The position numbers and the translations under genes are program-made. From Anaeromyxobacter sp. (GTDB lineage Bacteria; Myxococcota; Myxococcia; Myxococcales; Anaeromyxobacteraceae), in contig JASGJN010000022.1 in assembly GCA_049840735.1 (NCBI GenBank), positions 672,001 to 736,000 of the forward strand: a stretch of DNA of 64,000 bases. Direction: 5' to 3'. Below, one piece after another: positions 1 to 10,034 of this stretch (positions are counted from its first letter, which is position 1; every line of letters starts with the position of its first letter). The notes under the pieces are model-generated. The model saw nothing but the letters and a program-made list of their open reading frames with translations. It was not told the origin of the DNA and did not search any database.

Positions 1-2
1 TC

Positions 3-218
3 TCGGTGGACGCCTCCGAGGCCACGCTCTACCTGTGGGTGCGGGTGCCGAGGGGCGAGACCTCGGCGTCGTATGCGCTCAGGTTGCTGGACGCCGGCAT
101 CGTGCTGGCGCCCGGCACCGCGTTCGGCGCGGCCGGCGAGGGGTACGTGCGGGTCTCGCTGGTGCCGACGCTGGCCGAGTGCGACGAGGCCATCGCGGCG
201 TGGCGGGCGGTGCGCTGA
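3..218 (+). CDS. dapC: C-terminal part of class I/II PLP aminotransferase, likely N-succinyldiaminopimelate aminotransferase (5' end outside window)
   Basis: GIVLAPGTAFG...EGYVRVSL C-terminal motif of class I/II aminotransferases; directly upstream of dapD-dapE. Confidence 0.75.
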   Translation, partial: SVDASEATLYLWVRVPRGETSASYALRLLDAGIVLAPGTAFGAAGEGYVRVSLVPTLAECDEAIAAWRAVR

Positions 219-230
219 TGACTTTCGAGG

Positions 231-324
231 CCGCTCGCCTTTCGACAGGCTCAGGGCGAGCGGTGGGAGCGGCATCGTCGGTGGCAGTCATCCGCTCGTG
301 GTGAGCTTGTCGAACCACGAGCGG
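231..324. repeat. Inverted pair of REP-like elements (REPIN-like)
   Basis: 231-263 CCGCTCGCCTTTCGACAGGCTCAGGGCGAGCGG and 292-324 CCGCTCGTGGTGAGCTTGTCGAACCACGAGCGG. Each has self-complementary ends, and the TTCGACARGCTCA core is in opposite orientations; intergenic. Confidence 0.75.
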
Positions 325-343
325 TGCTGAGAGAGGGAGCGGA

Positions 344-1168
344 ATGGCGGACTGGGTCGAGATCGAGAAGAAGGTCGCAGCGGCGTTCGCGGACCGCACC
401 AGGCTTTCGGACCCCGCCCACAAGGCGGCGGTGCTGGAGGCGCTGGCGGGGCTGGACCGCGGCGAGCTGCGCGTGGCCGAGAAGCAGGGCGCCGAGTGGA
501 AGGTGAACGCCTGGGCGATGCAGGCGGTGAACCTCTACTTCGCCATCACCGGGATGGAGACCACCGACTTCGGCCCGTTCCAGGTGCGGGACAAGATCCC
601 GCTCAAGAAGGACCTGGAGGCGGCCGGCGTGCGGGTGGTGCCCGGCGGCGTGGCCCGCTACGGCTCGCACCTCGAGCCCGGCGTGGTGCTGATGCCCGGC
701 TTCGTCAACATCGGCGCCCGCGTCGGCGCCGGCACCATGGTGGACACCTGGGCCACCGTCGGCTCCTGCGCGCAGGTGGGCAGGAACGTGCACCTGGCCG
801 GCGGCGTGGGCATCGGCGGCGTGCTCGAGCCGCCTGGAGCCCGCCCCAACATCATCGAGGACGGCGCCTTCATCGGCAGCCGCTGCATCATCGTGGAGGG
901 CGTGATCGTCGAGGAGGAGGCGGTGTTGGGGGCCAACGTGGTCATCACCGGCTCCACGCCCATCATCGACGTCACCGGGCCGCAGGAGGTCGTCTACAAG
1001 GGCCGCGTCCCGGCCCGCTCGGTGGTGATCCCCGGCACCCGCACCAAGCAGTATCCGGCCGGCGCCTACAACATCCCCTGCGCGCTGATCGTGGGGAGGC
1101 GCAGCGCCTCCACCGACAAGAAGGTCTCGCTCAACGCCGCCCTGCGCGACTTCGAGGTGCAGGGGTGA
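344..1168 (+). CDS. dapD: 2,3,4,5-tetrahydropyridine-2,6-dicarboxylate N-succinyltransferase
   Basis: DKIPLK, RVVPGGVAR, VNIGARVGAGTMVDTWATVGSCAQVG, GGVGIGGVLEP hexapeptide-repeat signature. Confidence 0.97.
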   Translation: MADWVEIEKKVAAAFADRTRLSDPAHKAAVLEALAGLDRGELRVAEKQGAEWKVNAWAMQAVNLYFAITGMETTDFGPFQVRDKIPLKKDLEAAGVRVVPGGVARYGSHLEPGVVLMPGFVNIGARVGAGTMVDTWATVGSCAQVGRNVHLAGGVGIGGVLEPPGARPNIIEDGAFIGSRCIIVEGVIVEEEAVLGANVVITGSTPIIDVTGPQEVVYKGRVPARSVVIPGTRTKQYPAGAYNIPCALIVGRRSASTDKKVSLNAALRDFEVQG

Positions 1169-2268
1169 GCGAGGCGGCGGCACCGCTCTCGCCGCTGGGC
1201 GAGTCGCTGGCCATCCGGACCGAGGCCCTCTGCGGCGTGCGGTCGGTGATCGGCGAGGAGCGCGCGCTCTGCGACCGGGTCGAGGCCTGGGCGCGGGCGC
1301 GCTTCCCGGCGGTCCGCCGCGTGAAGGACTCGCTGGTGGTCCAGGTGGACGGCCCGGCCACGCCCGGCCGGCCGCGCCTGGCGCTGTGCGGCCACCTCGA
1401 CACCGTGCCCATCCCGGCCGCCGACGCCGGCCACCCGCCGCGCCGCGAGGGCGGCCGGCTGGTGGCGCCGGGCAGCTCGGACATGAAGGGCGGCCTGGCG
1501 GTGATGATGGAGCTGGCCGAGCGGCTGCCGCGCGCGGCCCGCTTCGCCGATCTGGTGCTGGTCTTCTACGCCCGCGAGGAGGGGCCGTTCCTGGAGAACG
1601 AGCTGGGGGACGTGCTGCGCGAGGCGGACGAGCTCGGCGGCACCGACCTGGCGCTCTGCCTGGAGCCGACCGACAACGTGCTGCAGCTGGGCTGCGTCGG
1701 CTCCATCCACGGCACGGTGGTGTTCGACGGGCGCTCGGCCCACTCGGCCCGGCCCTGGCAGGGCGAGAACGCCGTGCACCGGGCCGGCGCGCTGCTGGCC
1801 GCGCTGCACGCGCGGGCGCCGCGCGAGGCCGTCTCGGGCGGCCTCACCTACCGCGAGGTGATGAGCGTCACCCGCATCGAGGGCGGGCGCGCGCGCAACG
1901 TGGTGCCGGATCGCTGCACGCTCAACGTGAACTACCGCTTCGCGCCGGACAAGGCGCTGGACGCAGCCGCGGCCGAGCTGGTGGCGCTGGGCCAGGCGCA
2001 CGGCGCAAAGGTGGAGCTCACCGACCTCTCGCCGGCCTGCCCCGCCTACGCCGACCACCCGCTGGTGCGCCGGCTGGCCGAGCGCACCGGCGCGCCGCTG
2101 GAGCCGAAGCAGGCCTGGACCGACGTGGCCCGCCTGGCCGCCGCCGGCATCCCGGCCGTCAACTTCGGCCCCGGCGCCACCGCCCAGGCGCACCAGCAGG
2201 GCGAGTGGGTCGCGCTCGACGCGCTGGAGCGCGGGTACCAGCTGCTGGAGCGGTTCCTGGCGGCGTGA
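1165..2268 (+). CDS. dapE: Succinyl-diaminopimelate desuccinylase (M20 family)
   Basis: GTG overlaps dapD stop (GTGA); GHLDTV, SDMKGG, REE, AHSARPWQGENA, WTDVAR, GPG..AQAH motifs. Confidence 0.93.
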   Translation: MSEAAAPLSPLGESLAIRTEALCGVRSVIGEERALCDRVEAWARARFPAVRRVKDSLVVQVDGPATPGRPRLALCGHLDTVPIPAADAGHPPRREGGRLVAPGSSDMKGGLAVMMELAERLPRAARFADLVLVFYAREEGPFLENELGDVLREADELGGTDLALCLEPTDNVLQLGCVGSIHGTVVFDGRSAHSARPWQGENAVHRAGALLAALHARAPREAVSGGLTYREVMSVTRIEGGRARNVVPDRCTLNVNYRFAPDKALDAAAAELVALGQAHGAKVELTDLSPACPAYADHPLVRRLAERTGAPLEPKQAWTDVARLAAAGIPAVNFGPGATAQAHQQGEWVALDALERGYQLLERFLAA

Positions 2269-2491
2269 TCCGCCGCGAGAGCGCCTGTCGGGCGGGAGGC
2301 GTCCTGGTGTCCGCGGCAGGTCGCCCGGCCCCTCCCGCGCCGGCTGCGCGCTCGCCGTGGAAGCCCAGCCTCCACCGGGACGCCCGGGCCACTCCCGGCT
2401 GGCCGAGCAGGCGCAGTGAGTGGTGCACATGCTTGCGCGGCCTCGCGAGCGACGCCGTCCTCTCCTTCCCCGCCCGCCAGGCGGAGACGCC

Positions 2492-3013
2492 ATGTCCCGC
2501 CGTCCGCTCCAGCTGCTCACCCTCGCCCTCGCGCTCGGCGCCCCTGCGAGCGCCCTCTCGCAGGGCATCTTCTCGCCGCAGACCTTCTCCGCCCGGCTGA
2601 ACGGGTTCAAGGAGGTCCCCACGCTGTCGACCCAGGGGTTCGGGACGTTCTCGGCCGACATCACCGTGGGTGACGCGGGGCCGACCATCGCGTGGACGCT
2701 GACGTTCAGCGGGCTCTCGGCGCCGGCCAGCGCGGCCCACATCCACCTCGGCCAGCCCGGCGTTGCGGGCGGCATCGCCGTGAACCTGTGCGGCGCAGGG
2801 AGCGCTCCCGCCTGCCCTGCCGAGGGCAGCGTGACCGGCACCATCGACGCCACCTCCGTCGTCGGCCCTGCGGAGCAGGGCATCGCTCCCGGCGAGCTGC
2901 AGGAGCTCCTGGTGGCCATGGTGGTCGGCGCCACCTACGTCAATGTCCACACCGCCACGTTCCCAACGGGCGAGATCCGCGGCCAGATCGGCCCGGATCT
3001 GCTGGGCAACTGA
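2492..3013 (+). CDS. Secreted CHRD-domain protein
   Basis: Signal peptide; L.G..EVP, AHIH.G.PG..G and YVNVHT..FP.GEIRGQI motifs. Confidence 0.9.
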   Translation: MSRRPLQLLTLALALGAPASALSQGIFSPQTFSARLNGFKEVPTLSTQGFGTFSADITVGDAGPTIAWTLTFSGLSAPASAAHIHLGQPGVAGGIAVNLCGAGSAPACPAEGSVTGTIDATSVVGPAEQGIAPGELQELLVAMVVGATYVNVHTATFPTGEIRGQIGPDLLGN

Positions 3014-3165
3014 GCGCCGGCCTCGCTCCGCCCCTCGGCGGCTGGCGAAGTGCGGCATCCCGGGGCCCCGCATGCGCCCCCATGCGGGACCTGAATCTGG
3101 CATCGCTGCGGTTACACATCCGCGACCAACCTCGCGCCACCGATGCCGGCCAAGGAGCCCCAGCC

Positions 3166-3771
3166 ATGAAGCGTCTTGCCCTCGTCGTCCTCTCGCTCGC
3201 CCTCCTGCCCGCCGCGGCCCTGGCCCAGGCCTCGACCTGGGACCTCGACTCCGCCCACACCCACTCCGCGTTCACGGTGCGTCACCTGGTGATCACCAAC
3301 GTGCGCGGCGAGTTCGGCAAGACCACCGGCAAGGTGGTGCTGGACGAGAAGGACGTCACGAAGTCCACGGTCGAGGCCAGCATCGACGCCACCACCATCG
3401 ACACGCGCGAGCCGAAGCGCGACGCGCACCTCAAGTCGCCGGACTTCTTCGACGTGGAGAAGTACCCGGCCATCACCTTCAAGAGCACCAAGGTGGAGAA
3501 GGCGGGCAGCGGCCTCAAGGTGACCGGCGACCTGACCATGCACGGCGTCACAAAGCAGGTGGTGCTGGACGTGGCCGGGCCGACCGCGGAGATCAAGGAT
3601 CCCTGGGGCAAGACCCGCCGCGGCATCGCCGCCACCACCACCGTCAACCGCAAGGACTTCGGCCTCAACTGGAACAAGGCGGTCGAGGCTGGGCCGGTGG
3701 TCGGCGACGAGGTGAAGATCGAAATCGAGGCCGAGCTGGTGAAGGCGGACGCCGCGGCCGCGGCAAAGTAG
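3166..3771 (+). CDS. YceI-family periplasmic polyisoprenoid/lipid-binding protein
   Basis: AAGGAG RBS, signal peptide; WDLDSAH, RDAHLKSPDFFDVEKYP, GDLTMHGVTK, NRKDFGL. Confidence 0.95.
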   Translation: MKRLALVVLSLALLPAAALAQASTWDLDSAHTHSAFTVRHLVITNVRGEFGKTTGKVVLDEKDVTKSTVEASIDATTIDTREPKRDAHLKSPDFFDVEKYPAITFKSTKVEKAGSGLKVTGDLTMHGVTKQVVLDVAGPTAEIKDPWGKTRRGIAATTTVNRKDFGLNWNKAVEAGPVVGDEVKIEIEAELVKADAAAAAK

Positions 3772-3775
3772 CGAC

Positions 3776-3846
3776 GCCCTTCGACTCCGCCGCGGCCTGG
3801 GCCGCGGCTACGCTCAGGGCGAACGGGTTCAGGCCCGTTCGCCCTG
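3776..3846 (+). repeat. REP-like element with internal hairpin, followed by a GC-rich stem-loop between convergent genes
   Basis: CCCTTCGACTCCG-[CCGCGGCCTGGGCCGCGG]-CTACGCTCAGGGCGAACGGG, then inverted CCCGTTCGCCCTG. Confidence 0.75.
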
Positions 3847-3858
3847 GCCCTCTTCAGC

Positions 3859-4584
3859 TCAGCGCGCCGCCAGCTGCCCCGCCGCGTCCGCGCGCATCGC
3901 GTCCAGGTCCACCCGGCCGCGCACGCCGGGGACGTGGCCGCGGGCGTGCCACTGCCAGAGCACCCAGCGGTCGGCGGGCTCGGGCCGGGGCTCGCGCAGG
4001 AGGTCGCGGATCCAGAGCACGTTGTCCACCTCGGCGCCGCGGATGAAGGCGCCATAGGCCTCGCCGGTGACGTACAGGATGGGCCGGACGCCGCGCTCGC
4101 GCTCCACCAGCTCGGAGAACGCGGCCAGCTCACGCCGGACCTGGTCCGAGGCCGGGCGGCGCCTGCAGTTGCCGCCGAACTCGAGGTCGATGGCCGGCGG
4201 CAGCTGATCGGGATCGGCGGGCACGGTGGCCAGGAAGTGCCGCGCCTGCGCCTCGCCCCCGCTGCAGAAGCTGAAGAAGTGGTACGCGCCGGTCCGCAGG
4301 CCGGCCGCGCGGGCCTCTCGCCAGTTGCCTTCGAACTCCGGGTCGGTGAAGTCGCCGCCCTCGGTGGCCTTGACGTAGGCGAACCCCATGCGCGGCTGGG
4401 CCGCCACCTGCGCCCAGTCAATCTCGCCCTGGTGGTGCGAGACGTCGACGCCCAGCACCGGGAACCGGTCCGGATCCGGCCGGGCCAGGCTCCACCAGCC
4501 GGTCGCGAGGGCGAGCACGGCCAGGCCTGTGAGGGTGGCGAGGTGGACGGCGAGCCAGGCTGCGGGGGAGAGGCGGAGGCGCAT
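3859..4584 (-). CDS. GH25 family lysozyme/muramidase with N-terminal membrane anchor
   Basis: GVDVSHHQG, YVKATEG, GAYHFF, DLE catalytic motif, WQW..G...G...VDLD. Confidence 0.93.
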   Translation of the reverse strand: MRLRLSPAAWLAVHLATLTGLAVLALATGWWSLARPDPDRFPVLGVDVSHHQGEIDWAQVAAQPRMGFAYVKATEGGDFTDPEFEGNWREARAAGLRTGAYHFFSFCSGGEAQARHFLATVPADPDQLPPAIDLEFGGNCRRRPASDQVRRELAAFSELVERERGVRPILYVTGEAYGAFIRGAEVDNVLWIRDLLREPRPEPADRWVLWQWHARGHVPGVRGRVDLDAMRADAAGQLAAR

Positions 4585-4748
4585 GGACGAGGGCCATAGC
4601 AAGCGGCGTTCCCCGGGGCCGGGCGGCGGGATCCCGAGTGAATCCGGTCCGCCGCGCCCGCCGGGGCGTCGCGGCCGGACCACGCTGTGGCAGCCCGGCG
4701 TGGTTGCGCTGACACGTCTTCAGTGGAAACCCCGGACTGCCCTGGCCC

Positions 4749-4798
4749 CCGTTCGCCCTGAGCGTAGCCGCCGCCAAGCGGCGGCGGAGTCGAAGGGC
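4749..4798 (-). repeat. REP-like element with internal hairpin (opposite orientation to the 3776 copy)
   Basis: CCGTTCGCCCTGAGCGTAG-[CCGCCGCCAAGCGGCGG]-CGGAGTCGAAGGGC. Confidence 0.75.
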
Positions 4799-4834
4799 AG
4801 GGGCAGAAAGGCCGTCCTCGCCTACCATGCCCAG

Positions 4835-6359
4835 GTGCCCCCAACGTCCTCCTCCGCCCCCGCCCGCTGGGCCCGCCGCCTGGTCCTGCTCCGCGCCGCG
4901 CTCGCCCTGGCGCTGATCGCCGCCCTCCTGCTCGGCCCGGGCGCGCTGGTAATCCACGGCCTCGCCACCACGCCGCGCGAGCCGGGAATCTCGCCCTTCG
5001 CGCTGCGGCTGTTCCGCTCGCTCACGCCGCGGTACGAGCGCTGGGCCCGGGAGCGGGTGGCGAGCGGGGTCGCGGCCCAGCTGCCCACCACCAACATCTC
5101 CGGCACCGAGTGGCCGGTCTACGGCTCTGCCTTCTACCTGGCCAGCGTGGTGGCGCTGCAGGAGGCCTGGGAGGCCGACCCGTCGAATCCTGTCCGAGGC
5201 ACCCGCGAGGACGGCGCGCGAGGCGGTGGAGGCCGCCACGGCGCTGGTGATCGACCCCGGCCACGCCGGCTGGGTGAAGCGTCACTGGGGGTCGCTCTAC
5301 CTCGAGCGCGAGAACGTCTTCTACCGGAGCCTGGTGATCTGGGCCCTGACCAGCCACGCCCGGCTCACCGGGAGCGCCGAGCACCTGGCGTTGCTGCGCG
5401 AGCAGGCCGAGGGGCTGGCCGGAGAGCTGGAGGCCTCGCCCCACGGCCTGCTGGACGACTATCCCGGTCAGTGCTTCCCGGCCGACGTGATGACGGCGGT
5501 CTTCGCCATCCGCGAGGCCGACCGCGTGCTGGGCACCGATCACTCCGCCTTCGTGGAGCGCGAGCGGCGGGCCTTCCAGGGCAAGGCGCTGGACGACCGC
5601 GCCCTGATCCCGTACTGCGCCTCGGCCAGCAAGGGCATCGCGGCCCATGACGCGCGCGGCAGCACCAGCGGCTCGGCCTCGATCTACGCGCCGGCGCTCT
5701 ACCCGGAGCTGGCGCGCGGCTGGTACGAGGGGAACCGGCAGCACCTCTGGCAGCAGCGCTGGGGCGCGGTCGCGTTCCGCGAGTTCTACCGCGAGACGCC
5801 CGATCGCGAGTGGTACTGGGACGTGGACGCCGGGCCGGTGCTGGGCGGCCACGGCTTCGCCGCCAGCGCCTTCGGCCTGGCCGCGGCGCGCGCCAACGGG
5901 CGGCTGGACGACGCCTACCCGCTCACGCTGGAGCTGATCGCCGTGAGCTGGCCGCTGCCGGACGGCTCGCTGGCCGTCCCGCGCCTCATCTCCGACGCCA
6001 CCGACGCGCCGCTGGCCGGCGAGGCCGGGATCCTCTTCATGCTGACCCGCCCCGAGCCGCGGGTGGTGAAGGTGGCGGAGGGCGGGGTGCCGCCTTTCGT
6101 CTGGGCGGCGCTGGCCTGCTACCTCGTGCCCGGCACGCTGGGCGTGGCCTGGGCGGTGTGGCGGGCCCGCCGCGCGCTGCGCCGGCTTCGCGAGCGCCGC
6201 CTGCCGGCGGGCTGGGTGCAGGTGGCGCTCATGGCGGGCGCGCTGCTGGCGGTGGTGCCGCTGGCGTGGTGGAGCGTGCCGGGGGCGGTGGGGGTGTGGG
6301 TCCTCGGCGGCGCGGGGCCGGTCACGTGGAAGGAGGCGCCGAGGCGGACTCCGGGTTAA
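4835..6359 (+). CDS. Membrane-anchored protein with linalool dehydratase/isomerase-like domain; frameshift near 5200
   Basis: N-terminal TM segment, LLDDYPGQCFPAD and WDVDAGPVLGG motifs, C-terminal TM helices; joins frame of ORF 4388..5650 to ORF 5226..6359. Confidence 0.5.
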
Positions 6360-6388
6360 GCTGCGGATTCACCCGGAGAGGAGCACCC

Positions 6389-7994
6389 ATGCCGCCTCGT
6401 CGACCGCGCTGGACCCCGCTCGCGCTGGCCGCGCTCGTTGCTTGCGGAGGTGGGGGCTCCGGCGGAGCTCCGGTCGACCCAGGCGCCGGCCCCTACTACC
6501 CGCTGCCGCTCATCCCGCTCGACGTGCCGCCCACCGCCGAGGCCGCGCGGGCGCTCATCACCGGGCGAGCCTACGTGGTCGACGCGGTGAACGGCAGCGA
6601 CGCCACCGGCGACGGCTCCCCCGCACACCCCTGGCAAACGCTGGCCCGGGCGCAGGCGGCGGCCGTGGGCGGCGACGGGATCCTGCTGCGCCCCGGGAGC
6701 TACGGGGTCTTGTCCGACGACCGGACCGACCGGACCGCCTGGCTGGTGGTGATGGCGGAGCGCGCCGACCGCCCCGCGCCGGAGCTCTTGGGCATCGACA
6801 TCTCGCCGGCGGCGCCCGGCGCCTCGCGCCTGCTCTTCCACGGCCTCCGCATCACCACCGCCTGGGTGGACCCCGGCGGCGACCCGCAGGACCCGGCCTC
6901 CACCGCCTCCAGCTACCAGGACACCGGCTACCCGGTGGTGATCCAGGACGCCACCGACGTGAAGCTGCACGCCTGCGAGGTGGTGGGGACGAGCAAGTAC
7001 CTGACCCCGGCCGGCGTCTGGCTGCAGCGGGCGGCGCGCGTCACCATCGCCGGGTGCGAGGTGCACGAGGTCGGCCGCGCCGTCCAGTACGACGCCACGC
7101 ACGACCTGCTCGTCCACGGCAACCACCTGCACCGGCTCACCGGCACGGCCGTCTACAGCGCCAACGACCAGAGCGGCCACATCCAGGTGGAGCGGAACCA
7201 CATCCACGACTCCAACTATGATTTTGGCGACGACTGGTGCGTGCGGGCGGTGGGCCAGAACCCGCACGGCTCCGCCGTCTCCATCCGCAGCAGCGGCGTG
7301 CTGGTCCGCAACAACGTCATCCACGACGGCTTCAACTCGGCCGGGATCATGACCTACGGCGACTCCGCCGAGCGGTTCGACGACCTGGTGCTCGAGAACA
7401 ACGTCCTCTACGACATCCGCAACACCTTCGTGCTGCGGCTCTACGAGGCCGGGCACGACGTCTGGATCCGCAACAATACCCTGGTCGGCCACCTGCGCTC
7501 GGCCAGCTCGACCTCGGCCATGCGCTACGAGACGGCGCTGGCGCTCCACTCGCTGGCGCAGGGCGAGGACGGCTCCGGGGTGCACCTGCAGAACAACGTG
7601 CTGGTGGGCAACGTGGACCTGGGCGGCTGGGCGGCGGCGGTGGACCAGGCGCACAACGTGGCCTACGCGCTGGAAGGCGCCTCGTCGGACTCGCTGGTGG
7701 TGCTGCCGCGAGTGGACCACGCCAGCTACTTCGAGGACGGCTTCTTCGTGGGGCCGGTGGACCTCAGCTGGACCACGCAGCCCAACCCAAACGACCCCGG
7801 CGAGCTCAACCCCGTCGGCCACGGCCAGCTGATCGACTGGCGTCTGGCGCCCGGGGCCGTGGCGGTCGGCTTCGGCGATCCGCTGCTCCAGGCCCATCGA
7901 CAGCCTGGGCGGGCTGGACGCGGATGGGGTCGTGCTCGACGACGGGGCGCCGCGGGGGGAGCCGGCGCACGATGCGGGGGCGTATCAGCGGTAG
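6389..7994 (+). CDS. Lipoprotein with right-handed parallel beta-helix domain; probable frameshift near 7893
   Basis: GAGAGGAG RBS, lipobox ALVAC, YVVDAVNGSD.TGDGS.AHPWQTL, repeated V.NNVI/L.NNVL; shifted frame ends DAGAYQR* at 7994. Confidence 0.75.
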
Positions 7995-8035
7995 GGGGGC
8001 ATCCGCTTCGATGACTCCCTGGATCGCGCCTGCGA

Positions 8036-8758
8036 TCAGGGCGGATCCAGTGGGACCGGCAAGTGACCTCGCCAGGCTGCGATCTGCCACCGGACGCTTC
8101 GGAGTGCGATCGTGCCGCGCCTCAGCAGCGTTGGTCGAGCGTTGGCCTTCGACGAGAGCGAGCAGAGGATCTCGTTTGCGGCAGCGAGCCGTTCCTGCAG
8201 GGAAGTGGCCTCGAGTACACGCTGCTTCAGCGCCGGGGAGGTGCGCGCGTTGGCGACCGCCATGTCGATCAAGTGTCCTGGGTCGGCGATCCGTGCACAG
8301 GTAACGACCCAGGAGAACGGCGCGGACTCCGCGTCCTGCAGCAGGAGCTCGAGGGTGCGTGCTCGGAACTCGGCCAGATCCGCGACGGTCGCCGTGGGCT
8401 CGTCATCGAGCGCCGCGATGTTCACGGACAGATAGGGAGAGCGTTGCACGAAGGACGTCACGTGAACGCGCGCAAGTCCCTGGATCGTGCAGGACAGGCG
8501 GCGTTGCTCCCTGCGCGTCCGCACGATCCTTGCCAGCGTCCCCACCGTGAGCAGTTCGGCGTCCAGGTGGTCTGGGGGCGCGGAGCGCGCCACGACCACC
8601 AGCGGCCCATCGCAGGCCAGGGCGGCTTCGGCTGCGGCCATGGTCTTGGGGGTTGCCAGCGACACGGGCAGCTGGCCCGCAGGGAAGAGGACAGTACCAA
8701 CCAGCGGAAGAAGCGGTACGACTGCTGGAATGTCGGATCGTTGAATCAGCGTGATCAC
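8036..8758 (-). CDS. Stand-alone Lon protease N-terminal (substrate-binding) domain protein
   Basis: VPLLPL..VLFP...LP, TVGTLARI, IQGLARV, KQRVLEATSLQERL; no AAA+ or protease domain; visibly more A/T-rich than flanks. Confidence 0.75.
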   Translation of the reverse strand: MITLIQRSDIPAVVPLLPLVGTVLFPAGQLPVSLATPKTMAAAEAALACDGPLVVVARSAPPDHLDAELLTVGTLARIVRTRREQRRLSCTIQGLARVHVTSFVQRSPYLSVNIAALDDEPTATVADLAEFRARTLELLLQDAESAPFSWVVTCARIADPGHLIDMAVANARTSPALKQRVLEATSLQERLAAANEILCSLSSKANARPTLLRRGTIALRSVRWQIAAWRGHLPVPLDPP

Positions 8759-8868
8759 TGCGTCCTATCCTATCAGGTCTCGTCTGGGGGCGACCGCGGC
8801 GCGGCCGCTGGGTCCGCCGCGCGGACCGCGGCGGCGTGTGCCGCCGCACGCTGGCGTGCGTTTCCTGG

Positions 8869-8884
8869 CGGCACTGGGCTTGCT
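8869..8884 (+). promoter_or_regulatory. Candidate sigma-54 (-24/-12) promoter for radC
   Basis: CGGCACTGGGCTTGCT has the exact GG-N10-GC spacing of the TGGCAC-N5-TTGCW consensus, 12 bp before the ATG. Confidence 0.4.
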
Positions 8885-8896
8885 CAGGGCCCTGCC

Positions 8897-9574
8897 ATGC
8901 CCCGCGCCTGCGAGACCTCCCCTCCCGACCTGCCCCGCGAGCGGCTCATCGCGGCCGGCCCGCGCACCCTCTCCGACGCCGACCTGGTGGCGCTCATCCT
9001 GGGCACCGGCGCCGCCGGGCGCTCGGCGCGGGAGGTGGCGCTGGCGCTGGTGCAGGCGGTGCCGCTGCCGGAGCTGGCCTGGTCGCCGCCGGACGTGCTG
9101 GCCGCCTGGCCCGGCATCGGCCTGGCCCGGGCCGCGGCGCTCGCGGCCGCCTTCGAGCTGGGCCGGCGCGGCGCCTGGTCACCGCCCCACCGCGGCGAGC
9201 GCTGCCTGGATCCCGGCCGCGTGAACGAGCTGATGCGCCCGGCCGCCTTCGCCGAGCGCGAGGGCTTCCACGTGATCCTGCTCGACGTGCGCGGGCGCCT
9301 GCAGCGGGCGGTGCAGGTGGCGGAGGGCTCGCTCTCGCAGTGCCCGGTCTCCCCGCGCGACGCGCTGCGCCCGGCGGTGCGGGAGGGGGCGCACGGGGTC
9401 ATCTTCGTGCACAACCACCCCAGCGGCAATCCCTCGCCCAGCGCCGACGACGTCGACCTGACCGAGCGCCTCCGCGCCGCCTCCGAGCTGGTGGGGGTGC
9501 TGGCCAGGGATCACGTGATCGTGGCAGCGGGAGGGTACTTCTCGTTCGTGGAGGCGGGGAGGTGGAGGAGGTAG
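8897..9574 (+). CDS. radC: RadC/UPF0758 JAB-domain protein
   Basis: PRERL...G...LSDADLVALILGTG, HNHPSG...PS.DD...T, DHVIV...YFSF. Confidence 0.93.
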   Translation: MPRACETSPPDLPRERLIAAGPRTLSDADLVALILGTGAAGRSAREVALALVQAVPLPELAWSPPDVLAAWPGIGLARAAALAAAFELGRRGAWSPPHRGERCLDPGRVNELMRPAAFAEREGFHVILLDVRGRLQRAVQVAEGSLSQCPVSPRDALRPAVREGAHGVIFVHNHPSGNPSPSADDVDLTERLRAASELVGVLARDHVIVAAGGYFSFVEAGRWRR

Positions 9575-9641
9575 CGCTGATAGGGGAAGCCAGAGGAGCC
9601 GCTACACGGGCTCGGAAAGCTCAGCCTGAGCCAAGCCGCTC

Positions 9642-10034
9642 TCAGGGAGACCTCAGCAGAGAGGTTTCGATCTGAATGGCAACCGTCTCGACTGCCCGAA
9701 TCAGTCCCTCCAGTCGCTGCTTCTCGGCCTCGAGTGGAGCCAGGTCGGCTGCGAGCCGAGCTCGCGCGCCATCACGCGACGTAACCTGTATCGCCCGAAT
9801 GAACCTACCCAGTCCGCCACCGCCCCTAACCATCGAGCCGCGCGCGCGGACCTTCGCGGTGTACTCGGCACGAATGGATCTCTGTTGCTCAGATACCGAT
9901 CGCTTGGCGAGCGAGAGCTCCCTCTTCCGCAGCCGCAGTTCTTTGAGTGCCAGCCGCGCCTCGGCTGGGGTAGCCGCTGATACTTGGACCCGGTTGGCTT
10001 CGATCAGAACAAGCTGCCTGGGTGCACTGTCCAC
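9642..10034 (-). CDS. Hypothetical coiled-coil protein in lower-GC insert
   Basis: GAGGAGG RBS before GTG at 10034; heptad-rich (ARLALKELRLRKRELSLAK). Confidence 0.6.
   Translation of the reverse strand: MDSAPRQLVLIEANRVQVSAATPAEARLALKELRLRKRELSLAKRSVSEQQRSIRAEYTAKVRARGSMVRGGGGLGRFIRAIQVTSRDGARARLAADLAPLEAEKQRLEGLIRAVETVAIQIETSLLRSP

Noticed and set aside
2421..2436. Sigma-54 promoter upstream of the CHRD gene (TGGTGCACATGCTTGC)
   Set aside because: GG-to-GC spacing is one base too long for a -24/-12 promoter.
3859..4584. Prophage lysis module
   Set aside because: No holin, structural, terminase or integrase genes nearby.
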